26,173 bases of DNA from Promethearchaeota archaeon (GCA_018238625.1 JABCSY010000055.1:1-26173); one strand, 5' to 3'. Positions 6,826-17,200 are shown, counted from the first letter of the stretch. Notes: generated by a model from the sequence alone, not told the origin. Translations and numbers: made by a program.

Positions 6826-8268
6826 TTAAAAAAAAATTCCATCTATCCGACCTTCTAAAGGTTCAGAATGGATTATAACTTCTGTTAGATTTTCAATCTT
6901 TAGAGTTTCTTTTATTTGTTGTTCTAAATTAGAAACTATATTATGAACTTTCGATATGTTTAAGGATCCATCAAAGAAAACATGGAGTTCGAGTGCACAA
7001 AAATCAACTGTTTCCCAAAATTCTAAACCATGATATCCTTTAACTTCTGGATTACTTTTTAATAAACTTTCTAAAGTAATCTGGATTTCTCTTTTCTTTT
7101 GAGGGTCAATAAGAGTACAGACTAAGTTATCAGTTACTAATTTTCGTATCGTAGCATCTGATTCTATATGAGTAATTATTCGTGATATAGACGGAGCTTG
7201 TTCCTTTAGTTGATTTTCAAACAGAATACTTAATTCGTGAGCTTCTTCAAGCGATAATCCTTCGTCAACTACTATTGCTACAGATAAAAAGTATTTATTT
7301 TCTATTCTAAAAATGTTTAAATTCCTGAAATCTGAAATTTCATTAAATTCGCTTTTCATTGAATGAAGCAAGTTAATTATCTCTTCACCTATAGAAGATT
7401 CACCACTTAGAGGATTCATCTCAACTATACATTCAACGTCATAAGATGAAAAATACTTTTTGCTCAATGTATGAATTGCTTTTGTAATTTCATTTGCATG
7501 AATAACAGATATGTGATCTTCAACAGATAAACGAACGTCTAAAAATAACGTATTTCCACCAATTCTAACTTTTAATTCTTCAACACCATTAACATGATCG
7601 AGGTTATAAACCCTTTCTTTGATCTCTTCTAAAATAAGATAACTTATGGGGTTTTCATCGATTAATTCTTTAATTCCTTCTTTTGAAAGCTTAAATGCGG
7701 TGAATATAATCCATAAAGAGAGACCAATACTAAAAAACGGGTCTAAAAATTGGATACTGAAAAAGAGAGCTAAAATGAAATTAATCATAACTACAATCGC
7801 TCTAAGAGAATCCTGAAATAAATTCAAACCTAGAACTTTAAGAGATAAGCTACTCCGTTTCTTTCCTTGCCAGATTAAAATCCTAGAAAAAGTTAAATTA
7901 ATAACGAACGAAATAATTAACAGTTGAAACCCTAAATCAGGATTCAAAATACCATACGCGTTGGTTAATATTGTTTGAACTGCGAAATAAATAAGAATAC
8001 AATAAAGATTTATCAATATAATTCCTTGAATTAATCCTCCTATTGAATCAACCTTGGAGTGCCCGTACATATGTTGAAAATCTGGGGGTTTTTGACTTAC
8101 ATACAGAGAATAAATTGTGATGAAAATAAAAAAAATATCAGTAAGGGTATCGACAGTTTCAGATAAAAAACTAAGACTTCCCGTCAGGACAACCCCTAGT
8201 AGTTTTAAACCTGACTGAATTAGGATTATGAAAAAAGCAATAATTCCCAATTTAATTTTTATGTCCAT
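6826..8268 (-). CDS. Cation diffusion facilitator (CDF) transporter with three tandem C-terminal ZT_dimer-like domains
   Basis: TGSLSFLSE, KPPD-x2-H-x-YGH-x-K loop and six TM segments, then three repeats of 'L..V..xS(V/L/I)..(A/V)H.I....' (ISVIHAN, LSLEEAHE...THIE, LNISKVHN...IHSEP). Confidence 0.9.
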   Translation of the reverse strand: MDIKIKLGIIAFFIILIQSGLKLLGVVLTGSLSFLSETVDTLTDIFFIFITIYSLYVSQKPPDFQHMYGHSKVDSIGGLIQGIILINLYCILIYFAVQTILTNAYGILNPDLGFQLLIISFVINLTFSRILIWQGKKRSSLSLKVLGLNLFQDSLRAIVVMINFILALFFSIQFLDPFFSIGLSLWIIFTAFKLSKEGIKELIDENPISYLILEEIKERVYNLDHVNGVEELKVRIGGNTLFLDVRLSVEDHISVIHANEITKAIHTLSKKYFSSYDVECIVEMNPLSGESSIGEEIINLLHSMKSEFNEISDFRNLNIFRIENKYFLSVAIVVDEGLSLEEAHELSILFENQLKEQAPSISRIITHIESDATIRKLVTDNLVCTLIDPQKKREIQITLESLLKSNPEVKGYHGLEFWETVDFCALELHVFFDGSLNISKVHNIVSNLEQQIKETLKIENLTEVIIHSEPLEGRIDGIFF

Positions 8269-8346
8269 TACTCTCTTTATTTCTTTAGATAAAAATTTTT
8301 ATTTATTAATATATATTTTCGTAAATGACATAAGACTTTAATTAAA

Positions 8347-9819
8347 CTATTTTTTATCTTGTTTCGTAAGTCTTTTGGTAACTGGTGTACAACCTAACAA
8401 ATCCTTGAATTTTCGCATGAATTCCATATCAATTGGCTCTCGTGCATCCCCCCAACAAAGCTTTAATAGTTCTTTTGCCTTATCGGGAGCCTGTAAAATG
8501 ATATTCTCAGTTAATCTGGGGTCTTTATTGACATCAAATAGACTTCCTCCTTCCGTGTCCCACACATACCCATTATACCAAAAATCTCCATCGTAAACTG
8601 CTACAGAGCCACCCCAAGCTATGGAAATGTGATCGTAATATGTCAATCCATCATCTTGAACCAATTTCAATAGGTTCTTGCCGTCCATATTGTTCGCAGA
8701 AACGCCGCAGACTTCACAGATAGTGGTGGCGATGTCATGATGATAACAAAATTTGTCACAAGTTTTACCACTACCTTCCCCTTCTGGAAATCGGATCATA
8801 GCGACAAGATCAGCTACTTCACGTCCTAAAGGGTTGGCGGCTTTTGCTATAAGTCCGTGCTCTCCCAGCATGTGGCCGTGATCGGAAACTACCACGATAA
8901 TCGAATCATCCCAGATACCGATCCGTTTGATATAGTCTATGAAATAACCGAACCATGTGTCCACGAGCGACACTTCCGCGGCATACCTAGTCCTTAAATT
9001 TTTGAGTTCTTTTTCAGAAAGTATACTCGCAGGTCCATAGATAGAGTGTGATACTTTTCGGCATCCTTTTTCCCAATCAGGGTCTTTTTCGTATAGCCGA
9101 ATGTATTGAAGAGGTGGATTCCAAGGTTCGTGTGGATCGAACGATTCAACAGTTATAAATCCTTTCCCTTTTATTAGAGCATCATAATTCATATCCAACC
9201 ATTCACCAGCTGCGCGAAATACTTGGGCTGTAAAAGTATCAGTTTCGGAGCGCCACCAGCGTACATTTTGAAGGAATCGACGCATCATGTATTGTCCAAA
9301 TATCGTACCTGCCGATATCCCATCCTCTTTGGAAGTGAGGTATTCTTTAAGGACATCATCAGAGATTCGTGGTCCGGATAGATATGCGTCCTCTTCTTGC
9401 CCACGAATCCATTTCCATTGATCAAACCCACGATTAAAATTATAACCTGGCTTAAATTGATGATAAACATCGGAAAATAAAGCTGTAACATATTTTTTAC
9501 GATTAAATCGCTCTGCTAGAGTGTCTTGAGAATCTGAAATACAGCTCCAACCAGGAGCGCCAAGAGCATCGGCGATGATATCTCCCCGCGCAGATTTTGT
9601 CTTTCCAAGCTTATCATCCGTAAAAGGAAAAACACGTTTCCCAGTATAGATAGCTTTTCGTGCCGGGAGTGTCGGTAATGACTCCGGGTACATTCGTGTA
9701 AATTTCACGGATTCTTTGGCAAACTTGTCTAAATGTGGTGTTTTTATCCACGTATTGCCATAACATCCCACATGGTCTTGTCTTAAAGTGTCAAGCACAA
9801 TTAATATCGCATTTACCAT
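8347..9819 (-). CDS. Sulfatase-like alkaline-phosphatase-superfamily hydrolase with Thr at the nucleophile position
   Basis: N-terminal ILIVLDTLRQD, TPHLD, TLPARKAIYTG (aligns with C/S-x-P-x-R-x4-TG), FDPHEPW, Y-x-AEV-x2-VD and VVSDHG. Confidence 0.88.
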   Translation of the reverse strand: MVNAILIVLDTLRQDHVGCYGNTWIKTPHLDKFAKESVKFTRMYPESLPTLPARKAIYTGKRVFPFTDDKLGKTKSARGDIIADALGAPGWSCISDSQDTLAERFNRKKYVTALFSDVYHQFKPGYNFNRGFDQWKWIRGQEEDAYLSGPRISDDVLKEYLTSKEDGISAGTIFGQYMMRRFLQNVRWWRSETDTFTAQVFRAAGEWLDMNYDALIKGKGFITVESFDPHEPWNPPLQYIRLYEKDPDWEKGCRKVSHSIYGPASILSEKELKNLRTRYAAEVSLVDTWFGYFIDYIKRIGIWDDSIIVVVSDHGHMLGEHGLIAKAANPLGREVADLVAMIRFPEGEGSGKTCDKFCYHHDIATTICEVCGVSANNMDGKNLLKLVQDDGLTYYDHISIAWGGSVAVYDGDFWYNGYVWDTEGGSLFDVNKDPRLTENIILQAPDKAKELLKLCWGDAREPIDMEFMRKFKDLLGCTPVTKRLTKQDKK

Positions 9820-9853
9820 AAAAATTCACTATGATTAATTATTGTTATAAAAT

Positions 9854-9861
9854 AAAAAAAA
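9854..9861 (-). terminator. Oligo-T terminator after the FNR-ferredoxin gene
   Basis: T8 on the minus strand 6 nt after the stop at 9868, followed by ATTTT. Confidence 0.5.
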
Positions 9862-9867
9862 GGTTAT

Positions 9868-11097
9868 TTATAATGTTCTTGGAATTTTAATTTCGAGATC
9901 TGTAATTGGGTAGGATGCGCATGGATGGAAATAGTTAAATTTCTTATCTCCAGCTTTCCTCCAATCAGAAACAGGACTTATATACACATCACCTGAAATA
10001 AGAAGCGAGCGACAGAACCCACATTCGCCAGAGCGGCATTTTGATGGTGGATTTAAGTTTGCCCGTTCTAGAGCAACAAGGACGGATTCGGTTGCTTTTG
10101 CTGGTATTTCTTTAATCAAACTTCCAATGTGAGTCTTAATCTTAAATACCTTATCGGCTACATCTTGAGGGAAGTCTGGATTACTTAGAATCTCTTTAAT
10201 TTCACCAAAAGCCTCTCTACGAATTCGTTTAACGGGCAAGTTAAATTTTTTGAGCTCTTCTTCAACGAAATTATACATGATTTGTGGTCCACATATAAAA
10301 AAAGTACTTGAATTTGCATCACAGTATTTTTCAATTATCTCTTTAGTTATAAAACCCTTTTCACATCCTTCTAATGAAACAATATCGCTACTTAAAATAT
10401 GCACGACTTTAATTTTATTCGGGTACTTCTTTTCAAGCTCTTTAAATTCGTCGTAATAAATGATATCGTCTTCTTCGCTACTTCCATAAAGCAAAGTTAA
10501 TTTTGCATCTAATTTGTCCTCAACAATTTCTTTAGCGATGGAACGGAATGGCGTAATTCCTGATCCTCCCGCGAGACCAACTATTTGTTTTAAGTCCCTA
10601 AGAGGCTCGTAAAAAAAGAACCCTTCTGGTCCAGAACTTTCAATCTTAGTTCCTACTTTCCAGTTATCCCATATATATCCAGTTAAAAATCCAGGTTCTT
10701 CTTTTCTAATTGTGATTTCATAGAAACCTTTTAAAGCGTCCGAAGGAGAAGAAGCTATTGAATAAGGTCTTGTGATAGCAACTCCATTCACTTGAACCTT
10801 CAAGCTTAAATATTGACCCGCTCTAAAATAGGCCAATTCTTTTGTGTTTGAATCGGGATCGGGTTTGAGCTTAAATGTTTTAGTGGATTTTGTTTCGTCT
10901 TTGATATCACTGATAACTAAGTATAGTCTTATGGGATGAAGTCGCACAGCAAGTTCATTCATTGGATCCTTTGTTATTGGCTCACTAGACGCCTTTTCGA
11001 ACATCTTTTTTCGTTTTGGGACTAATTTTGTAAACGCAAATAAATCTCTTGTGTTGCTTTTAATAATAATATCAAATTTCTTTTTCTCTTCGCTCAT
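9868..11097 (-). CDS. FNR-like FAD/NAD(P)H oxidoreductase with C-terminal [2Fe-2S] ferredoxin domain (PaaE/Hcr/KshB-type architecture)
   Basis: FRAGQY, RPYSIAS, GPEGFF, AGGSGITPF, FFICGP, EAFG, then CRSGECGFC...C-x-SYP. SD GGTGA, and an ATGA overlap with the upstream gene. Confidence 0.92.
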   Translation of the reverse strand: MSEEKKKFDIIIKSNTRDLFAFTKLVPKRKKMFEKASSEPITKDPMNELAVRLHPIRLYLVISDIKDETKSTKTFKLKPDPDSNTKELAYFRAGQYLSLKVQVNGVAITRPYSIASSPSDALKGFYEITIRKEEPGFLTGYIWDNWKVGTKIESSGPEGFFFYEPLRDLKQIVGLAGGSGITPFRSIAKEIVEDKLDAKLTLLYGSSEEDDIIYYDEFKELEKKYPNKIKVVHILSSDIVSLEGCEKGFITKEIIEKYCDANSSTFFICGPQIMYNFVEEELKKFNLPVKRIRREAFGEIKEILSNPDFPQDVADKVFKIKTHIGSLIKEIPAKATESVLVALERANLNPPSKCRSGECGFCRSLLISGDVYISPVSDWRKAGDKKFNYFHPCASYPITDLEIKIPRTL

Positions 11098-12659
11098 TTT
11101 AGCTCACCTTTTTTATGTAAGTCTTGTAAAGTTAGTAACGCAGCAGTCTCTCCATCCTTTAAAGCACTACTATATCCGTGACATCTTTTGCCAAAACCTC
11201 CACAAAATTCAAGACCATCAATATGTTTTTCGTCATTCATCGTCATCAAGCGTGGGACAAAAGAATCCCAAGAGTCGGGTTCGTATCCATATACTACTCC
11301 ATTATAACTTCTAGTAAATCTTGAAATGGTTTGAGGCGTAGCAACTTCAATTTCCTCAATATGTTCCTTTATTGGAGCACCAGTGGTTTTTTCCAAAGTG
11401 TTAATAAGGTCTTCCGCGATTTTATTTTTTAATGTAAAGTAATCTTCGGGTTTTACATCGTCCCATACTCCCGGTAGATAAGCAGTTGTAATTGAAATAA
11501 TACATGTACCTGGAGGTGAGCAGTCTGGGATTGCATTATTTAAACAAATTGTTGCTTGAACCCCAGGTGTTTCAAGCTTATTCAAAGATTCGTAAAGGAC
11601 ATCTGTATTCTTATTGTTATAAATAAAGTAACTATAATCTTTGAGTCCTAATTCATCGGCCGTTGCGTCTAAACCCAAATAAACAACAAATGTAGAAACT
11701 CCATGCCGTCTAGCATTTATTTCCTTATAAGCAATTTCTGGAACTTCTGATTTAGGATGTATTAATTTGTTATAAGTAAGCGTAGGTGAAGCGTTGCAAA
11801 CTACATGATTCGTTTTAATCTTATCTCCTTTAGAAGTTTCAACTCCAACAACTTTACCGCTTTCAACCAAAATCTTCTCTACTGTCGTGTTATATTCGAT
11901 TTTGCCTCCTAACTCTCTGATCCTTGTATCTAAAGCGGTAGTGTAATCGTGAGATCGAAATTTTGGAATATAAGCACCTTTCAAAATATAACCATAAACC
12001 ATTGAAGCGAAGATCGTAAAATTTACTCTATTTGTTGGAACTCCTAAATAAACCCAATACGCGTTAAGAATGCTCCTTGCTTTTTCTGGCATATTAAGGG
12101 CATTTTGAATATCCTCCACGGAATAAGCTGTAGTTTTAAGAAAATTTGAATGCTCCTTTAGTAAAACATTCTGATCGGGATTTCCTTTTGACTGACCTAT
12201 ATAGGCAGTTGCTCTATTAATGTCTTGTGCGAGGTCAAAAAATTTACTTACAGAATCTCTACTTCCCGGGACCTCTTTTTCCATAATATCAAGATAAGAA
12301 TCGACACCAAAAGGCATTACTACATTAATCTCTTCATCTGGGTCCGTTAAAATTAACCTATACGCCTCAGGAACTTCTACGAACTCTGAATCTAGTTTAT
12401 ATTTTTCTAATAGTCTTCTAGTACCTCCCTTATCTGATGAAGGCCCATAATCATAAAGTTCGTGAAGTGAAGTTTCAAACTCAAACCTACCCCTTACAAA
12501 ACTAGAGGCAAAACCCCCAGGTAAGTTATGTTGTTCTAAAAGCAGTATTTTAGCGCCTCTCATTGCTAATTCTGCCGTAGCTATTAAACCACCGTTACCC
12601 GCCCCAATAACTACTACATCATATGAATCCTCAATTCCTTGTTCTTTTATCTCACTCAT
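11094..12659 (-). CDS. Phytoene-desaturase/retinol-saturase-like (CrtI/RetSat family) FAD-dependent oxidoreductase
   Basis: DVVVIGAGNGGL, LLEQHNLPGG...RGRFEFE, S-x-FVVYLG, EVATPQT...GVVYG and GLEFCG. Confidence 0.88.
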   Translation of the reverse strand: MSEIKEQGIEDSYDVVVIGAGNGGLIATAELAMRGAKILLLEQHNLPGGFASSFVRGRFEFETSLHELYDYGPSSDKGGTRRLLEKYKLDSEFVEVPEAYRLILTDPDEEINVVMPFGVDSYLDIMEKEVPGSRDSVSKFFDLAQDINRATAYIGQSKGNPDQNVLLKEHSNFLKTTAYSVEDIQNALNMPEKARSILNAYWVYLGVPTNRVNFTIFASMVYGYILKGAYIPKFRSHDYTTALDTRIRELGGKIEYNTTVEKILVESGKVVGVETSKGDKIKTNHVVCNASPTLTYNKLIHPKSEVPEIAYKEINARRHGVSTFVVYLGLDATADELGLKDYSYFIYNNKNTDVLYESLNKLETPGVQATICLNNAIPDCSPPGTCIISITTAYLPGVWDDVKPEDYFTLKNKIAEDLINTLEKTTGAPIKEHIEEIEVATPQTISRFTRSYNGVVYGYEPDSWDSFVPRLMTMNDEKHIDGLEFCGGFGKRCHGYSSALKDGETAALLTLQDLHKKGELK

Positions 12660-12736
12660 AATCTTCTTCTTTTTTTTATTTAGTGTATAATATTAATTCA
12701 TAATTCTTGATTAATTTTAAAGAATTTAATAATTTC

Positions 12737-14119
12737 TTATAATTCATTTAGAATTACCTTGAATACATAAACGGGAGATTCTATCAAATTTTCAGGAATA
12801 CTGATAACCAAATCTTCTTGATCCTGCTCCCATTTTAGTTGATTATCATAACCAAGCAACCTAATTTTTGAATTCTGAGGAATTTTTAATGCCAATATCT
12901 TTAAAGATTTTCCTTTTGGATTATTTAAGAGATGGATGTACAGTATTTCATTTTTATGCGTAAATCTAATCTCGAGATTATCCAAAGTGTTGCCCTCAGC
13001 TCTTTCCCAAGGACGAGTGCCATAAATTCCCTCTCCGTTAATCTCCAACCACTGACCCATCCCTATTAATACTTTCTTCTGAATTTCAGGTATTGTTCCA
13101 TCTGGCAAAGGTCCAACATTCAATAATAAATTACCATTTTTACTTACGATATCTACGAGCATCCTAATAATTTCATTGGATGCTAAGTAATCCTCTTCTT
13201 TTTCCATTTTATTAAATCCATAAGAATTTCCAATCCCGCGACTTGATTCCCATTTCTTTTTCTTAATGATGTTATAAGTCTCGTATTCAGGAGTAGTAAA
13301 ATCATAAAAAGGTGTCCTTTTTACTTTGATTAACTTACCGTCTTCATGGTACATTTTATCCCAACGATCATTAATTACACCTTCAGGAAATTTATTATAA
13401 TAGTATGCAAAAAGTTCGAAGAGATCAAAAAGTGGAGGTGCTCCTATATCACCCCATAATATTGAAGGTTCAAATTCATCAATTAATTCATACAAATGAT
13501 TTTTAACATATTCTGTATATTCTGGAGTTATAACTCCATTTATCATGAAGCTTAAACGATCTTTAATTGGATCGGGGTTGAAAGACCAATCGTAAGAACT
13601 TGAGTAATAAAAACCCATTTTCAATCCTTTACTTTTTACCGATTTTGTGAGTTCGCCCACTAAATTTCTACTAGCTATATAATTTTCTTTCATAGGGTTT
13701 GGGTACTTGCTTGGCCATAAGAGAAATCCATCATGATGCTTTGTTACAAGCACTACATATTTGGCACCTGCATTTTTGAAAATTCCAGCCCATTCCTGTG
13801 GGTCCCACTTTTCTAATTCTTCGTTGAAGATAGGTACGAAATCGTTGTAAGAACTATCTTCTCCATATTCTTTATGATGATATTTTTGTGTTGGGCTTTC
13901 AGAAATCCTTAATGTATTGAGATACCACTCAGCATATGGATTGTTCTTAAAGTGGTATTCTTCCCCCTCTTTTGATGATTCTATGATACTCAAGCCAGTA
14001 ACTGCAAATGCTGGTACGGAAAACAATCCCCAATGAATGAAAATACCAAACTTTGCGTCGTGAAACCAGTCAGGGACTTCGTGTTTTTTAATTGATGCTT
14101 TTGTGGGTTCAAATTTCAT
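12737..14119 (-). CDS. Alpha-L-fucosidase, glycoside hydrolase family 29
   Basis: PDWFHDAKFGIFIHWG, YAEWY, AGAKYVVLVTKHHDGF, LWGD (nucleophile), INDRW, TPEY and VDIVSKNGNLLLNVGP. No obvious signal peptide. Confidence 0.95.
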   Translation of the reverse strand: MKFEPTKASIKKHEVPDWFHDAKFGIFIHWGLFSVPAFAVTGLSIIESSKEGEEYHFKNNPYAEWYLNTLRISESPTQKYHHKEYGEDSSYNDFVPIFNEELEKWDPQEWAGIFKNAGAKYVVLVTKHHDGFLLWPSKYPNPMKENYIASRNLVGELTKSVKSKGLKMGFYYSSSYDWSFNPDPIKDRLSFMINGVITPEYTEYVKNHLYELIDEFEPSILWGDIGAPPLFDLFELFAYYYNKFPEGVINDRWDKMYHEDGKLIKVKRTPFYDFTTPEYETYNIIKKKKWESSRGIGNSYGFNKMEKEEDYLASNEIIRMLVDIVSKNGNLLLNVGPLPDGTIPEIQKKVLIGMGQWLEINGEGIYGTRPWERAEGNTLDNLEIRFTHKNEILYIHLLNNPKGKSLKILALKIPQNSKIRLLGYDNQLKWEQDQEDLVISIPENLIESPVYVFKVILNEL

Positions 14120-14141
14120 TGTTAAACTCTCTTGGTTTGTG

Positions 14142-14169
14142 ATTACTTATTTATATATTTATAAGTAAT
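14142..14169. promoter_or_regulatory. Inverted repeat flanking a TATA-like core in the fucosidase/GRE divergent promoter
   Basis: ATTACTTAT-ttatatattt-ATAAGTAAT (9-bp perfect arms, 10-nt spacer). Confidence 0.45.
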
Positions 14170-14227
14170 TGCAGATCATATCTAATTAAGAAAAATGGAA
14201 AGTCTAAAAATTTAATTTTTTTTAGAT

Positions 14228-17200
14228 TTGGATAAAATAAGACATTCTAAAGAGATAATTAACATGAATGAATTAGAAATTGATAAAAAGGTTGAGAATT
14301 TTAAAGAGCAGTTAAATTTACTTGCTATGATATTCGATACACGTAGAAAAATGCGTAAAGAGATATATAACGAAAAAACAGGATTTGTCTTTAATGCTAA
14401 ATATCAGTTTACTACAAAAGATGATAAAGTTAATGTTATCGTAATATTTAAAGATGGAAAAATGACAGTCAGCGAGGGAAAAATTGAAGATCCTAACATA
14501 ACAATTTATTATAAAGATAAAGAGACTTTGGCTAATCTCTATAATAAAAGCGCCGAGGAATCTCTTGATTATCTTTTGACAAATGAAATGGGATATATAG
14601 GAAACATGTCTTACCTTACTAAATTCTCTTATCTTACTTCACTTGTTACGGCACCTAAAAAAAGAGACTACAAAGGTCCAGAAAATCGATTAATATATCC
14701 TATCGAAGATATTGATAAGGGAAAAAAGAGCAGAAAACTAAGGAACGAGAGCTTAAATCGTAAGATAGATAACGTTCAAGTTTTAAAAGATCCGTATTTG
14801 TCAAAATATACCCTAGATGATTTTCCACGCTTAAAATATTTGAAGAATAGACGATTTGCCTTAAAGCCAGTGGTATGTATTGAAAGAGCAAAACATTTGA
14901 CAGAGTATCATAGAGAGAATGGATTTGAAGTAGACAATTCAGGAAATCCGATAGATCCCGAATTGCGCCAGGCAAGAGCAGTAAATCATATAATGTCAAA
15001 TAAAAAACCAATAATTCATGATAAACATCTTATAGCAGGTTCAACTACTTCAAAAGAAGTAGGTATCCCCTTGTATCCAGAACTTATCGCGACTGGTATA
15101 TGGCCCGAATTAAAAACTATTGGTGAACGTGAGCTTAATCCTAACGATATTTCAGATAAAGATGCAGATATATTAAGTTTGGAAGTGTTTCCCTATTGGA
15201 TGGAGCGAAACGTAAGAGAATACTGTAGAGCAAAAAACAACGACCCATTCTCGCAACATTTAGAAGAAGGGTGGGTTTTTTATTTCATGATGAAAAATAA
15301 CGCCATTAGCCATACCGTTCCTGGCTTTCCAATGGTGCTCAATGAAGGATTAGAAAGCGTGAAGAATAAAGCCAATAAAATGGAAATAAAAGCGGATACA
15401 ACTGAAAAGCAAAATTTTTATAAGGCAATTCAAATTGCAATCGATGGGGTTCTAGCGTATTCTAAAAATTTAAGTGAAGAAGCCTTCATATCTGCTAATA
15501 ATTTAGAACAAAACGATCCAGATCAGGCTATTCGCATAGAGGAATTGAAGGAGCTCTCTAGAATATGTGCTAAAGTCCCCGCCAAACCTGCAGAAACAAT
15601 ATACGAAGCAATTCAATCAATTTGGACTAGTTTTGTTTGTCTTCACTGCGAAAATGCAAATTCAGCTTTATCAATTGGTCGGCTTGATCAAATGTTACAA
15701 CCTTTCTTTTTAAAAGAAATCGAAAAAGCGGCCAATGATGAAGAAAGGAATCAAATTGTAAAAAAAGCTATAGAACTTGTAGGATCGTTATTTTTGAGGA
15801 TAAACGATCACGATCCGGTAATGCCGAATGTAGGGTGGAAATTATTCGGGGGGAGCTCCTCTGACGACACAGTAACTATTGGAGGCGTAGATAGAGACGG
15901 TAAAAATGCCGTAAACGATATGAGTTTTATTATATTAAAAACAAATGAAATGCTGGGTTTTCAGGATCCTAATATGAATGCCCGGTATTATTCTGGTATT
16001 AATTCAAAGGAGTATCTAAGACGATTGTGTGAAGTAAACATCAATATGGGCGCTTCGCCTAGTATTCATAACGATAGAACTATGATTGAAGCGTTGGTCC
16101 ATGAAGAATTCTCAATTGAAGACGCAAGAGATTGGGCAGCTACAGGTTGTGTAGAGCCCACAATTGTAGGTAAACATTATGGTCATACGAATTGTATGCT
16201 TTTAAATTTAGTCGCACCGTTAGAAATTATGTTAAATAATGGTTTCATACCTTTAACTGGAGAAAAAGTGGGTCCTGAAACGGGCGATGTTCGAACTTCT
16301 TTCCCGACATTTGAGGCCTTTCTTAATGCGTATAAAACTCAACTCAAATATTTAGCAGAAAAATCAATTGAAATTAATAATTATTTAGGGGAAGCCCATA
16401 AGTATATCCATCCTACCCCATTATTATCTGGATTTTTTGAGGGTCCTTTAGAACAAGGCAAAGACCTTATTCAAGGAGGAGCTATTTATAATACGTCGGG
16501 AGTTGCCTTAGTGGCATTGACAGATGTGGTTGATAGCTTATTAGTTGTAAGAGATCTCATCTACAAGAAAAAAGAATTGAACTTTGCTACATTGATGGAT
16601 GCCATTGAAAATAACTTTGAAAATGGTTATGAATCAATTCTACACAATATAGAACAAGTTCCAAAATTTGGGTCTGGTGAAAATGGTACTGTCGAACTTG
16701 CTCAAGATTTAATTGACTTTTGCTACGATGTGTATCATTCTGCTGACAATTATAGAGGGGGTAAATACTTAGTGGGATATTGGTCTATTAGTTACCACGC
16801 GGGATTTGGAATGCTTACTGGTGCTTTGCCCTCAGGTAGAAAGAAAGGTAAATCATTAACACCTGGATTAACTCCTGCCCCGGGTACAACGGACATCCTT
16901 TTACCAAGCATTCAAAGTGTTGCGAGCTTAGATTATTTGAAAATGGCAAACAACGCATCTTATAACGTCAAATTAATACCTCATTCTGGAGATACACATG
17001 AAGAAACATTAGATCTCTTTACAAGTTATGTACAAAGCTTTTTTGATTTGAATGGGATGCAGTGGCAATTTAACGTCGTGTCCACTGATACATTAAGAGA
17101 TGCGATGGCTAATCCAATTGATTATCGTTGGCTTTTAGTTAGAGTTTCAGGGTATAACGCATATTTCACGAAATTAAACAAGAACATGCAATTAGAATTT

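Noticed and set aside
8289-8302. 14-bp palindrome ATAAAAATTTTTAT
   Set aside because: Homopolymeric A/T sequence expected by chance in these spacers.
11094-12659. Calling this crtI of carotenoid biosynthesis
   Set aside because: No phytoene synthase or other crt genes are in the window, and only family-level motifs are visible.
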